Positions 7,973 to 17,064 of a stretch of DNA of 54,898 nucleotides are shown here, one piece after another. Source of the stretch: an uncultured Gemmatimonadaceae bacterium (GTDB lineage: Bacteria; Gemmatimonadota; Gemmatimonadetes; Longimicrobiales; RSA9); NCBI GenBank assembly GCA_964391035.1, contig CAYMLW010000001.1:1-54898 (forward strand), read 5' to 3'. The translations under genes were made by a program, and so were the position numbers. The stretch's first letter is position 1; the number at the start of each line of letters is the position of its first letter. The notes below the pieces were generated by a model that saw nothing but the letters and a program-made list of their open reading frames with translations, did not search any database and was not told the DNA's origin.

Positions 7973-9394
7973 CTACACGTCGAAGTACAGCCCGACCTCG
8001 TAGGGGTGCGGCCTTGCCCGCACGGCGCGGACTTCCTTCTCCCGCTTGGTCCGGATCCAGCGGTCGATCAGCTCGTCGTTGAAGACGCCGCCCTCGGTCA
8101 GGAAGTCGTGGTCGGCTTCCAGCGCGTCGAGGGCCTGGCCGAGCGAGGTCGGGAGCTGTCCGATCTCGGCCAGCTCCTCCGCCGGCAGCGAGAAGACGTC
8201 CTCGTCGATGGGCCCGAACCCGGCCTCCGTGGGGTCGATCCGGCGACGGATCCCGTCGATCCCGGCCATGAGCTGGGCCGCCATGGCCAGGTAGATGTTG
8301 CCGCTGGCGTCCGGCGGCCGGAACTCCATGCGGACGGCGTCGGGCGCCGTCGCGTACTTGGGGATCCGGACGGCGGCGCTGCGGTTGGCCAGGGAGAAGA
8401 AGGTGCGGACGGGGGCCTCGAAGCCCGGGACGAGTCGCCTATACGAGTTGGTGCTCGGGTTCGTCAGCCCGAGAAGCGCCGGCGCGTGCTCCAGCAGCCC
8501 GCCGATGTAGAACCGGGCCATCTCGCTCAGGAGCCCGTAGCCGTCCGGGTCGTAGAAGAGGTTCTCGTCGTCCCGTCCCAGCCGCTGGTGGAAATGCATG
8601 CCACTGCCCGCTTCACCGTAGAGCGGCTTCGGCATGAACGTGGCCGTCTGCCCCTTCCGGAAGGCGACCATCTTCGACACGTATTTCACCAGCATCCCCA
8701 TGTCGCCGGCCGATACGATCCCGGCGAGAGGGATCTCCAGCTCGACCTGGCCCGGCCCGCCCACCTCGTGGTGGTGGTAGTATACCGGGACGCCCATGTC
8801 CTCGAGGTGGAGCGAGATCTCGGACCGCAGATTGAACAGCCGGTCCTTCGGCCCGATGGCGTGGTAGCCGCCGCCCACCGGGATCACGTGGCCGTGACTC
8901 CCGTTCGCCGACGACCATTCCGCTTCCTCCGAGTCGACCCGGTACGCGGCCCGGTTCACCCCGTTGTCGATGTGCACGTGGTCGAACACGTAGAACTCGA
9001 ACTCGGGGCCCCACAGACTCTCGGCGCCTTCCACCTGCTGCGCCAGGTAGGTCTCGGCCCGGGCCGCCGTGTTGCGCGGGTCGTGGGGGTACGGCGTCTT
9101 GCTGTCCGCCTCCATGGCGTAGCAGATGAAGCCGAGGCACGGCTCGTCCCAGAACGGGTCCATGGCGCCGGTCGACAGATCGGGGACCAGGACCATGTCC
9201 CCGGATGCGACGCTCCGGAACCCGACGCTCGAGCCGTCGAACCCCACCCCCTCGCCCATCACCTTCTCCGTGAACCGCCCGGCCGGCAGCGTCACGTGGT
9301 GCCATCGCCCCCAGAGGTCGATGAACTTGAGGTCCACCATCCGCACCCCTGCGCCCTCGATGTGGCGGCGGGCTTCGTCGAAGTCCCTGAACAT
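7973..9394 (-). CDS. glnA: Glutamine synthetase, type I
   Basis: C-terminal 473 codons of track ORF 7973..10000, from ATG 9394 (MFRDFDEARRHIEGAGVRMVDLKFIDLWGRWHH...). Contains FEFYVF, HHEVGGPGQVE, KPLYGEAGSGMHFHQ and NSYRRLVPGFEAP motifs. The upstream 200 codons of the ORF are non-coding-like. Confidence 0.9.
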   Translation of the reverse strand: MFRDFDEARRHIEGAGVRMVDLKFIDLWGRWHHVTLPAGRFTEKVMGEGVGFDGSSVGFRSVASGDMVLVPDLSTGAMDPFWDEPCLGFICYAMEADSKTPYPHDPRNTAARAETYLAQQVEGAESLWGPEFEFYVFDHVHIDNGVNRAAYRVDSEEAEWSSANGSHGHVIPVGGGYHAIGPKDRLFNLRSEISLHLEDMGVPVYYHHHEVGGPGQVELEIPLAGIVSAGDMGMLVKYVSKMVAFRKGQTATFMPKPLYGEAGSGMHFHQRLGRDDENLFYDPDGYGLLSEMARFYIGGLLEHAPALLGLTNPSTNSYRRLVPGFEAPVRTFFSLANRSAAVRIPKYATAPDAVRMEFRPPDASGNIYLAMAAQLMAGIDGIRRRIDPTEAGFGPIDEDVFSLPAEELAEIGQLPTSLGQALDALEADHDFLTEGGVFNDELIDRWIRTKREKEVRAVRARPHPYEVGLYFDV

Positions 9395-9725
9395 ACGCTG
9401 TATCCCTTCTCGGTCGCGTCCTGACCCGGTGTGTCGCTCCTCCGCTGCCCGCCGGTGGACATCCGCCCCGGCGGGGCTTGGAAGGTACCGGGGTTGGGGC
9501 CCGTTATCCACCACGGCCCCGCCAGCCGCTGGTGACGGCGCCGCCCCTGCGCGGTCGACCGCCACTCGAATAGACGTCCGTCTCTGGACAACGGAGCGAC
9601 ACGGGCCCAACGCTTGCAGCGACCTGGAAGGCGAGAGTACCGCCGACGGCTGACGGGCCATCGACCTCGGGCGTCGTGATCGGCATCGGTCCGGCGGGAG
9701 GAACACTCGATCTGATGGAGGAGCC

Positions 9726-10103
9726 ATGAAGTCACTGCGACTCGCCCTCGCCCCGGTCCTGGCGCTCGTGCTCATCGCCGGATGCGCCAGTGCCGGCGGG
9801 ATGAGTGGGGCGATGGACGACGAGAGCCTTACCGTACGGGTGGACAACGGCCTGATCCCGGCCGCTTCGGTCAATGTCTGGCTGATCTCCGAGTCCGGAT
9901 TCCGCGACATGCTGGGCAGGGTCTCGCCGAACAGCGTGCGGTCGCTGGACGCGCGGAGCGCCAGCTCGTTGGGGGAGTACCGCCTGATCGCCGAGCGCAC
10001 CGGCGGCCGGGAGGTGGTGTCCCGGCCCTTCTACCTGACCCGCGCCGCGCACACGGTCCGCTGGGACCTGAGCACCAATACGGTCACGGTCGTCGAGAAC
10101 TGA
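9726..10103 (+). CDS. Small lipoprotein, unknown function
   Basis: Track ORF 9726..10103. GGAGGAG RBS. Signal peptide with lipobox LIAG|C. Confidence 0.65.
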   Translation: MKSLRLALAPVLALVLIAGCASAGGMSGAMDDESLTVRVDNGLIPAASVNVWLISESGFRDMLGRVSPNSVRSLDARSASSLGEYRLIAERTGGREVVSRPFYLTRAAHTVRWDLSTNTVTVVEN

Positions 10104-10110
10104 CCGGCTC

Positions 10111-12522
10111 CTACTCGGACCGGAGCGCCTGGACCGGGTCCGTCCGGCTGGCCCGGAGCGCAGGCATCACGGTGGCGGCAAGGGCCGCGAGGCCCAGCAC
10201 CACTATGGTCCCGATGAACGTCCAGGGATCGGCCGCGCTGACGCCGTGCAGCAGGCCCCGGAGGAGCCGGATGAAGAACACGGCGCCCGCCAGCCCGAAG
10301 ACCAGGCCCGCGGCGGTCAGCCTGAGCCCCTCCGACAGGATCGAACGGAGCACCTCCTGGCGGGCGGCACCCAGCGCCATCCGGATCCCGATCTCCCGGC
10401 TCCGTAGCGCAACGGCATACGCCATCACGCCGTAGATTCCGGCGGCGCCGAGCACGAGCGCGATGATGGCGAACAGCGCCACGAGGAGCGCGTTGAAGCG
10501 CGGCCCCCGGAGCCGACCCGCGAGTCTTTCTTCCAGCGTCATCATGGACACCGGCGAGATCTGCGGCTCCAGTTCGGTCACGGCGCTGCGCACCACGGCG
10601 GCCACCTCCGTCGGGTCCCCATCGCCCGCGATCCGCAGCAGGAAGAAGCTCGCGCCCCGCAGGTACTGCCGGTTCGATACGTAGATGGCCGGCTCGACCG
10701 CTTCCTCGGGCAGGAAAGGCCGGAAATCCGGTACGACCCCCACGACCTCCACCTGCGTTGTCCACTGCGGCAGCACCAGCAGGGCGCCCACCGGCGAGCC
10801 GGCGGGCCAGTGCTCCCGTGCCATCGTCTGGTTCACCAGGGCCACGGGCGTACTCCCGTACCGGTCATCTTCCCGGATGTTGCGGCCTTCCATGATTTCG
10901 ACACCCAGGGTGGGGAAGTAGCCGGGTCCGGCGTCGTACCAGCGGACCCGCGGCGCGTCCTGGAGCGGCGGTTCCGGCTGGCCCACGACCAGGAACGGCG
11001 TGGCGCCATCCGACCCCCCGAAAAGGGGCCCGGCGGAGGCGGATCCGACGACCTCGACCCCGGGAATCGCTTCGAACCGCTCCCGGGCCCCGCGGTAGAA
11101 CGCGGCCAGGGCCTCGTCCTCGTAGCCGGCCTGGTAGGGATAGAGCTGGAAGGTGAAGAGCCGGTCGTATTCGAAGCCCGGATCCCAGGCGGCGAGGGTG
11201 CCGAAGCTGCGCAGGAGCAGCCCGGCGCTCAGGACGAGCACCAGCGCCAGCGAGAGCTCGGTCACGACGAGCGCCCGCCGCAGCCGCGTCTCGCGACGCC
11301 CTCGCCCTCCGCCCCGGGCGTCCTTCAACGCGGCCGCCGCATTGAAGCTCCGCAGCCGGAGCACCGGGGCGAGACCGAAGAGCGTCGCGCTGCCGAAGCT
11401 CACGGCCACGGCGAAGGCCAGGACCCGCAGGTCCACGCCCACCTCGTCGATCCGCGGCACGTCCGAAGGGGCCAGCGCGACGAAGGCATCGGTGGTCCAG
11501 AGGGCGACGACGGCGCCGGCGACCGCCCCCAACACCGCGAGCATCCCGGCCTCGACGGCGAGCTGTCGCGCGACCACGGCCCGGTCGGCGCCCAGCGCCA
11601 CGCGCACGGCCAGCTCCCGCTCCCGGGTCGTCGCCCGCGCCAGGAGCAGCCCCGCCAGGTTGACGCTCACGATCAGCAGGACGAGCGCCACCGCGCCCAG
11701 GAACAGGAGCAGCAGCGGTCGGGCCGGACCCACCAGCCGATCCTTCATGGTCGTCACCCGGGCACCCCACCCCCGTACGGACTCCGGGTACGTCTCCGCC
11801 AGCGACGCCTGGATCCGGCCCAGCTCCGACTCCGCGTCCATCACACTGGCAGCCGCCGCCAGCCGGCCATAGCCGTGGAATCCACGCCAGTCCCGGAACT
11901 CTTCCGCCGACGGATCGAACTGGAGCGGCGTCCACACTCGCACACCCTCCAGGTGAGGGACGTCCACCCCCTCGGGCAGCACGCCCACGACCGCGTACGG
12001 TTCGCCGTTCAGGGTCAGCGTCGCGCCGGGCAGCTCCGATCCCCCCAGCTCGGTCTGCCAGAACCCGTGGCTGACCACGGCCACGCGGCCCGCACCGAGC
12101 GGCAGCATGTCCTCGTCTCGCAGCAGGCGACCTCGGGCCGGTGACACCGCGAGCGCCCGGAACAGCCCGGGCGTGGCCAGTCCGCCGTACACCCCCTGCG
12201 TTCCATCCGCCGTTGCCATCCGGAACGATGTCCCACGACCGAGACCGACCGCGTCCAGCGTCTCCGCCCGCTCCGCCCACGCCTCCGCGTTCGGCGGAGA
12301 TACCCCGAAACATGTTTCCCGCGGGTGGTCCTCGCACAGCCACACGAGCCGGTCCGAATCCGGCAGGTCCAGCGGCCGGAACAGGATGTTGTCCACCGCA
12401 CCGAAGATCGCCGTGCTCCCGCCGATACCCACGCCCAGAACGAGGACGGCGGCGGCGGTGAACCCCGGAGAGCGGGCCAGCTGTCGGAGCGCGAAACGGA
12501 GATCGAGGATCAGACGGTCCAT
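10111..12522 (-). CDS. ADOP-type duplicated FtsX/MacB-like ABC permease (orphan, no adjacent ATPase)
   Basis: Track ORF 10111..12522, 803 aa. N-terminus MDRLILDLRFALRQLARSPGFTAAAVLVLGVGIGGSTAIFG. Two FtsX-like 4-TM modules, each preceded by a large periplasmic domain. C-terminal RASRTDPVQALRSE. Confidence 0.85.
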   Translation of the reverse strand: MDRLILDLRFALRQLARSPGFTAAAVLVLGVGIGGSTAIFGAVDNILFRPLDLPDSDRLVWLCEDHPRETCFGVSPPNAEAWAERAETLDAVGLGRGTSFRMATADGTQGVYGGLATPGLFRALAVSPARGRLLRDEDMLPLGAGRVAVVSHGFWQTELGGSELPGATLTLNGEPYAVVGVLPEGVDVPHLEGVRVWTPLQFDPSAEEFRDWRGFHGYGRLAAAASVMDAESELGRIQASLAETYPESVRGWGARVTTMKDRLVGPARPLLLLFLGAVALVLLIVSVNLAGLLLARATTRERELAVRVALGADRAVVARQLAVEAGMLAVLGAVAGAVVALWTTDAFVALAPSDVPRIDEVGVDLRVLAFAVAVSFGSATLFGLAPVLRLRSFNAAAALKDARGGGRGRRETRLRRALVVTELSLALVLVLSAGLLLRSFGTLAAWDPGFEYDRLFTFQLYPYQAGYEDEALAAFYRGARERFEAIPGVEVVGSASAGPLFGGSDGATPFLVVGQPEPPLQDAPRVRWYDAGPGYFPTLGVEIMEGRNIREDDRYGSTPVALVNQTMAREHWPAGSPVGALLVLPQWTTQVEVVGVVPDFRPFLPEEAVEPAIYVSNRQYLRGASFFLLRIAGDGDPTEVAAVVRSAVTELEPQISPVSMMTLEERLAGRLRGPRFNALLVALFAIIALVLGAAGIYGVMAYAVALRSREIGIRMALGAARQEVLRSILSEGLRLTAAGLVFGLAGAVFFIRLLRGLLHGVSAADPWTFIGTIVVLGLAALAATVMPALRASRTDPVQALRSE

Positions 12523-12760
12523 GGCTCGTGCCTCGGATCAGTGGGTCACGTCGTCGCCCGGACAGGAGGCAACCGGAGTGCCGGGACCGCGGACCGTGTA
12601 AGTGACTTGTAGAAAGCCACTTGGACGGGCTGTAGGGAGCCGCCCCACGTCCGACCCTGGCACGGGGCATCCCGATTGCGGACACACGCGAGCGGGGGAC
12701 TCGACCGTACGACCGGCCGAGCCCCCCGAATCGCTGCGCCAGGATCGGCGGCCTGGATGC

Positions 12761-14761
12761 CTACGTCGTGACCCTCTCCTCCGCCTCCTCCGCCGCGCGC
12801 CTCGACCGGCTCCAGAAGAACCAGAGGACGAGCGGGAAGACCAGCAGGCCGAGGAGCCCCTGGATCAGCGTGTCTTCGATGAGCGCGGGCAGCGCGATGT
12901 TCGCGACGATCAGCGCCGCGATCAGCACACCCATCAGTGCTTCGCCGGCGACGAACCCCGAAGCGACCAGGATCCCGGCATTGTCGGCCCGTTCGATGGG
13001 CTCACCTCCCTCATGGAACCGCCGTTCCATGGCCCGGTCGACGAGCCACCGGAACACGCCGCCGACGAAGATCGCGAAGGTGCTCCAGATCGGCAGGTAC
13101 ATCCCCACGGCCACGAGCATGACGGATGGAGCCCGCACCAGGATCAGGACCACCGCGAACAGCATCCCGCCGATGAAGAGCGGCCAGGGCATCTCGCCGT
13201 TGATGATCCCGGTGCTGACCAGCGCCATCAGCCCCGCCTGCGGTGCCGGCAGGGCGGTGGCCGGGTCGGCCCCCGGCGCGCCCGCGAAGCCGTACGCGGA
13301 GCCCAGCAGCATGAGCACCACCGCCAGGCCCGGCGCGGCCAGCAGCACCGCGATGAGCTCGCCCTTCTCCATATTGGCCGGGGTCCCGCCGAGGATGTGA
13401 CCCACCTTCAGGTCCTGCATCATGTCCCCGGCAATGCCCATGGCGGTACACACCACCGCGGCCACGCCGAGCACGGCAAGGACGCCACGATCACCGGTCA
13501 TGCCGATGGCCACCATGAGCAGCGCGGCCAGGATCAGCGTGGACAGGGTGAGGCCGCTGATGGGGTTGTTGCTGCTGCCGATCAGGCCCACGAGGTACCC
13601 GGCCACGGCGGCGAACAGGATCCCGGCGATCACCATCACCACGGCGGCGAGGATGGACCCGCCGAAGCTCTGGGTGAAGTAGTAGTACAGGACGGTGATG
13701 GGGACGAGCAGCCCGAGGATCCCGAAGACGATCCACTTGTAGCGGATGTCCGTCTCGTGTCGGTCGGTCGCGCCCGTGGCCGTGACACTGCCGCTCTTGA
13801 TGTCCGCGAACACCCGGGCGAACCCGCTGCCCAGACTCTTCCGCATCAGCCAGAGCGTCCACACGGCACCGACCACCATGGTGCCCACCGCCAGGGGCCG
13901 GACCTGCTGCTGCCAGACGATATTCTGGGCCACGGTCGCGAAGCCCTGGGCGTCCGCTGTAGCCGCCAGGTCGCGGTTCACGAACATCAGGACCGGGACC
14001 AGACCCCACCAGCCCAGCACGCCGCCCGCGAAGACCACGGCGGCCAGCGCGGGTCCGATGATGTAGCCCACGCCGAGCAGCGCCGGCGACGCGGACGGGG
14101 TCGACGCGAACATGCCGCCCGTGTACATCGACCCTTCCGGCCCGCCGATCCGGGCGCCCGTCGCCGTACCCCACGACCACCAGCCGGTCATCTGCGACTG
14201 GAGCGCCTGGAGCCCCGACGAGTTCTTCAACAGCTCGATCCCCGCCGCGATCGAGCCCGCGACGACCAGCAGCTTGCCGCCACCGGATCCTGTCTGCCCC
14301 GCCTTGTGGATCTCCGATGCCGCGATCGACTCGGGGAACGGCAGTCCCGACTCCTCCACGAGCGTGCGGCGCAGGATGATCACGAAGAGCACGCCCAGGA
14401 CGCCGCCCACCGCCATGATGAAGGTGGCGATCCAGAAGTTGATGCTCTCCCACACGCCAGCGATGACGAAGGCCGGGATCGTGAAGATCGCACCCGCCAC
14501 CAGCGCTTCGCCCACCGACGCCGTGGTCCGGGCCACATTCTCTTCCAGGATCGTCCCGCCCACCGGGCGCAGCAGCGCGAGCGCCACGACCGCCGCCGGG
14601 AAGGTCGCGGCAATCGTGAGGCCGGCCACCAGCCCGATGTAGGCGTTCGCCGCGCCCAGGATCACCGCCATCACCACGCCCAGCGCGACCGCCCGGAAGC
14701 TGAATTCGCGGACCTTCTGATCCGCGGGGATGAACGGCTCGTACGGCAACTGGTCCGCCAT
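12761..14761 (-). CDS. OPT-family oligopeptide transporter
   Basis: Track ORF 12761..14761, 666 aa, polytopic. N-terminus PFIPADQKVREFSFRAVALGVVMAVILGAANAYIGLVAGLTIAATFPAAV is characteristic of bacterial OPT proteins. Confidence 0.9.
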   Translation of the reverse strand: MADQLPYEPFIPADQKVREFSFRAVALGVVMAVILGAANAYIGLVAGLTIAATFPAAVVALALLRPVGGTILEENVARTTASVGEALVAGAIFTIPAFVIAGVWESINFWIATFIMAVGGVLGVLFVIILRRTLVEESGLPFPESIAASEIHKAGQTGSGGGKLLVVAGSIAAGIELLKNSSGLQALQSQMTGWWSWGTATGARIGGPEGSMYTGGMFASTPSASPALLGVGYIIGPALAAVVFAGGVLGWWGLVPVLMFVNRDLAATADAQGFATVAQNIVWQQQVRPLAVGTMVVGAVWTLWLMRKSLGSGFARVFADIKSGSVTATGATDRHETDIRYKWIVFGILGLLVPITVLYYYFTQSFGGSILAAVVMVIAGILFAAVAGYLVGLIGSSNNPISGLTLSTLILAALLMVAIGMTGDRGVLAVLGVAAVVCTAMGIAGDMMQDLKVGHILGGTPANMEKGELIAVLLAAPGLAVVLMLLGSAYGFAGAPGADPATALPAPQAGLMALVSTGIINGEMPWPLFIGGMLFAVVLILVRAPSVMLVAVGMYLPIWSTFAIFVGGVFRWLVDRAMERRFHEGGEPIERADNAGILVASGFVAGEALMGVLIAALIVANIALPALIEDTLIQGLLGLLVFPLVLWFFWSRSRRAAEEAEERVTT

Positions 14762-15022
14762 CAGACCCTTCCATCGTTCGGGGGATGCCTCGCCCGCTGG
14801 CTCGGACGCCCATGCGGGCCTTGAACCACAGAGCCGGCAACACGGTGATTCCCCGACCGGGCACTGTCAAGGAACTCGCTCGCACGCGTGGCGCGCCCGA
14901 CGCCCGGCAGCCATCCTGATCCAGGCGTCCCCTCGGACTCGCCGCCCTCTCGTTTGCCGGGAACCGCGCCGGGCCCGGCCTGTCCGCCGATGACCTGGTT
15001 CGCGGCTTCCACGACCACGGCA

Positions 15023-15351
15023 TCAATACCTTCCTCGCCAGCTCCCTGATGCCACGGATCTGCGAGGGCGTGCGTCGCCGCATCCGGGTGGACTGCGCGA
15101 CCAGCTCGTTCTCGTGTCCGAGGTCGGGATCCCCCTGCCCGGCTCCGTACGACGCGGCCTCGAGCGCCACCTCCGGCTCCTCGACACCGACCACCTCGAT
15201 GTCTGGCTCTTTGGCTGGGTCCGCGCACGCTGGCACGTACGATCCGCCGACGAGCTGATAGGAGAGGCGCTCGGGGTCATCGAGGGGCCGCTCGACCCCG
15301 ATCGGCTCGAGGAGACCCGCCGATTCGGCGATGTGGTCACGAGAACGCCCG
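15023..15351 (-). other. Coding-like stretch without a usable start or stop (probable frameshifted continuation of the upstream small gene)
   Basis: The minus-strand frame of track ORF 13491..15590 shows protein-like composition here (DHIAESAGLLEPIGVERPLDDPERLSYQLVGGSYVPACADPAKEPDIEVVGVEEPEVALEAASYG...). GC3 is about 80-84%, and the same-phase plus-strand frame scores equally, so the strand call is tentative. There is no in-frame start before the Val codon in ...SYVPAC..., and no stop until the frame runs 1.3 kb into the OPT gene. Confidence 0.3.
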
Positions 15352-15636
15352 CTACGGACGGCGCTGGATGTTCCGGTCCTCGTCCGACTGAGGCCGCGCG
15401 GCGGTGTCGCGGGCAAGCCCCCGGTAACGACCTGTCCGCTCCAGGAACTCCGCCGGGTCACCGACGTCGGTATAGACGTATGCGTAGACGGAGAGGTCCC
15501 GGGCGAGGCTGTTGCGGACGAGGTCGCCGGCGGGCCCGGCCAGGGACCCGCTCCAGCGGTGCAGCCCGGCAATTCCGAGGACCAGCCCACCGCAGACGGT
15601 GAGGAGGACCAGCCAGCGCACGGCCCGGGCTCGCAT
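15352..15636 (-). CDS. Small single-pass membrane protein (94 aa as read; possibly truncated by a frameshift)
   Basis: Tail of track ORF 15352..16419 from ATG 15636. The start overlaps the upstream gene stop (TGATG). TM helix WLVLLTVCGGLVLGIAGL. High GC3. Confidence 0.6.
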   Translation of the reverse strand: MRARAVRWLVLLTVCGGLVLGIAGLHRWSGSLAGPAGDLVRNSLARDLSVYAYVYTDVGDPAEFLERTGRYRGLARDTAARPQSDEDRNIQRRP

Positions 15637-16925
15637 CAGCCCGGCGGCGGGAAGATCACGCCGCCGAAGGCGATCCAGGCCATGAGCAGCGTGAGGATGA
15701 TGTTGAAGCTCTGGCCGACGGCGTAGAGGATGATCGGCTTCCCGCCCACCAGCTGACTGGCGAGCTCGCGGAAGTTGGATTCGAGGCCGATGGCGACGAA
15801 GGCGAGGCAGAAGAGCCAGCCCCGGAGCGTGCTGGAGGTCTCCAGGATGTCGGCCACGGCTACGTCGCCCAGCATCGGGATCAGCACGAAGCTGAAGACC
15901 ACCGAGGCCGCGGCGAACCCGAGGATGAACTTCGGGAACCGATACCAGATCTCCATGGGCCCGGGGCGCGGGGCCCCCGGCTCCCGGTCGACCCGGGTGA
16001 CCCAGAAGAGCGCCACCACGAAGGCCACCACGCCGATGAGCACGTTCTGGATCATCTTCACGACCGCGGCCACCTTCTCGGCCAGCTCGCCCAGGAACGC
16101 CCCCGCCGCTACGACCGCCCCCGTCGAGTCGATGGTCCCGCCAAGCCAGCCACCCGCCACTGCCGGACTCATGTCCACCAGCCGCGCGATCAACGGCATG
16201 AAGATCATCATCAGCACGGTGAAGATCATCGTCATCCCCACCGCCAATGTCAGCTCCGACTTCTTCGCCCGGCACGCCGCCGCCACCGCGATCGCCGCCG
16301 ACACGCCGCATACCGACGTCGCCGCCGCAATGATGACCGTCAGCGTCTTCGACGGCAGCTCCAGCACCCGGGTCCCGTACAGCCACATGAAGACGATCAC
16401 GGTGGGCGTCACCACCCACGCCACCAGCAGACCCGGAACGCCGAGTTCAAGGATCTCGCTGAACAGGATCTCACCGCCCAACAGCACCAGCCCCGTCTTG
16501 ATGAACAGCTCTGAGCGGGCGCCCTCGAGCAGCCACCTCGGCGTCCCGATGGTGTTGGAGATCAACAGCCCGAAAAAGAGGGCCCAGATGGCGTAGCCCA
16601 GGCCCCAGGCACGCACCGTCACCTGCGCCGCCACCAGGTAGGATACGATAGCGAGGAGATAGACGACGCCGAACCCCCCGAGATACGGCTTCCAGCGCTC
16701 CCGCATCGCCCCCACCCCGACCGCCGTCACCACCGCCAGTGCAAGGCCGAGCAGCGCCAGCGACCCCACCCGACCGGTCATTGCCACGACCGGATCCGCC
16801 ACCCACCGCTGGAGCCTCGGGATCTCGGTCACCAGGCCCAGGGCGACCACGAGGAACGCGAATGCGGCGAACCAGATCGACCAGTAGTCCTCCGATCGCC
16901 AGAGCTTCCGTAGCTCCTCGCCCAT
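15636..16925 (-). CDS. YeiH/UPF0324-family membrane transporter (putative sulfate exporter family)
   Basis: Track ORF 15636..16925, 429 aa, polytopic. Conserved block TLTVIIAAATSVCGVSAAIAVAAA is typical of the YeiH family. Confidence 0.85.
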   Translation of the reverse strand: MGEELRKLWRSEDYWSIWFAAFAFLVVALGLVTEIPRLQRWVADPVVAMTGRVGSLALLGLALAVVTAVGVGAMRERWKPYLGGFGVVYLLAIVSYLVAAQVTVRAWGLGYAIWALFFGLLISNTIGTPRWLLEGARSELFIKTGLVLLGGEILFSEILELGVPGLLVAWVVTPTVIVFMWLYGTRVLELPSKTLTVIIAAATSVCGVSAAIAVAAACRAKKSELTLAVGMTMIFTVLMMIFMPLIARLVDMSPAVAGGWLGGTIDSTGAVVAAGAFLGELAEKVAAVVKMIQNVLIGVVAFVVALFWVTRVDREPGAPRPGPMEIWYRFPKFILGFAAASVVFSFVLIPMLGDVAVADILETSSTLRGWLFCLAFVAIGLESNFRELASQLVGGKPIILYAVGQSFNIILTLLMAWIAFGGVIFPPPG

Positions 16926-17064
16926 GTGGCCTCCTCGCCTTATCCGAGCGGCACTTGACGGAGGTTAATCAATGCCTCCCAGCCCGGCAATGCGGCGTGT
17001 CGGTTCATGCCCGGGCAGGGCCATCGGGGAGAGTGGGGCCGATTCGAGACAGGGACGATCCCGG

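Noticed and set aside
9395-9725. Possible glutamine riboswitch or other structured leader in the 330-nt region upstream of glnA.
   Set aside because: I could not recognise the conserved glnA-motif core or a convincing conserved structure by eye. The GGAAG-containing stretches are on the wrong strand for glnA. This needs a covariance-model search to settle.
9395-10000. A 200-codon N-terminal extension of the glnA ORF (track ORF 7973..10000).
   Set aside because: The extension is low-complexity (Ser/Arg/Pro-rich) and overlaps the plus-strand lipoprotein gene. GS type I homology starts at MFRDFDEARRH (ATG 9394).
14762-14990. Minus-strand ORF 14761..15228, whose TGA overlaps the OPT transporter ATG (TGATG), suggesting a coupled upstream gene.
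   Set aside because: GC3 over its last ~40 codons is only about 70%, against about 90% in real genes here. The peptide (…GNHRVAGSVVQGPHGRPSQRARHPPNDGRV) looks non-coding, so this is more likely the OPT 5' UTR or promoter.
13491-15590. A 699-aa minus-strand ORF, plus similar long ORFs shadowing real genes (e.g. 10865..12685, 10810..12144, 12602..14824, 20843..22156, 28067..29632, 29622..31139, 36339..38012, 36451..38043, 44531..45937, 44893..46497, 46572..48572).
   Set aside because: In sequence this GC-rich, stop codons are rare in all frames. These ORFs have Arg/Pro/Gly-dominated composition and no recognisable domains. They overlap genes with clear family signatures on the same or opposite strand.
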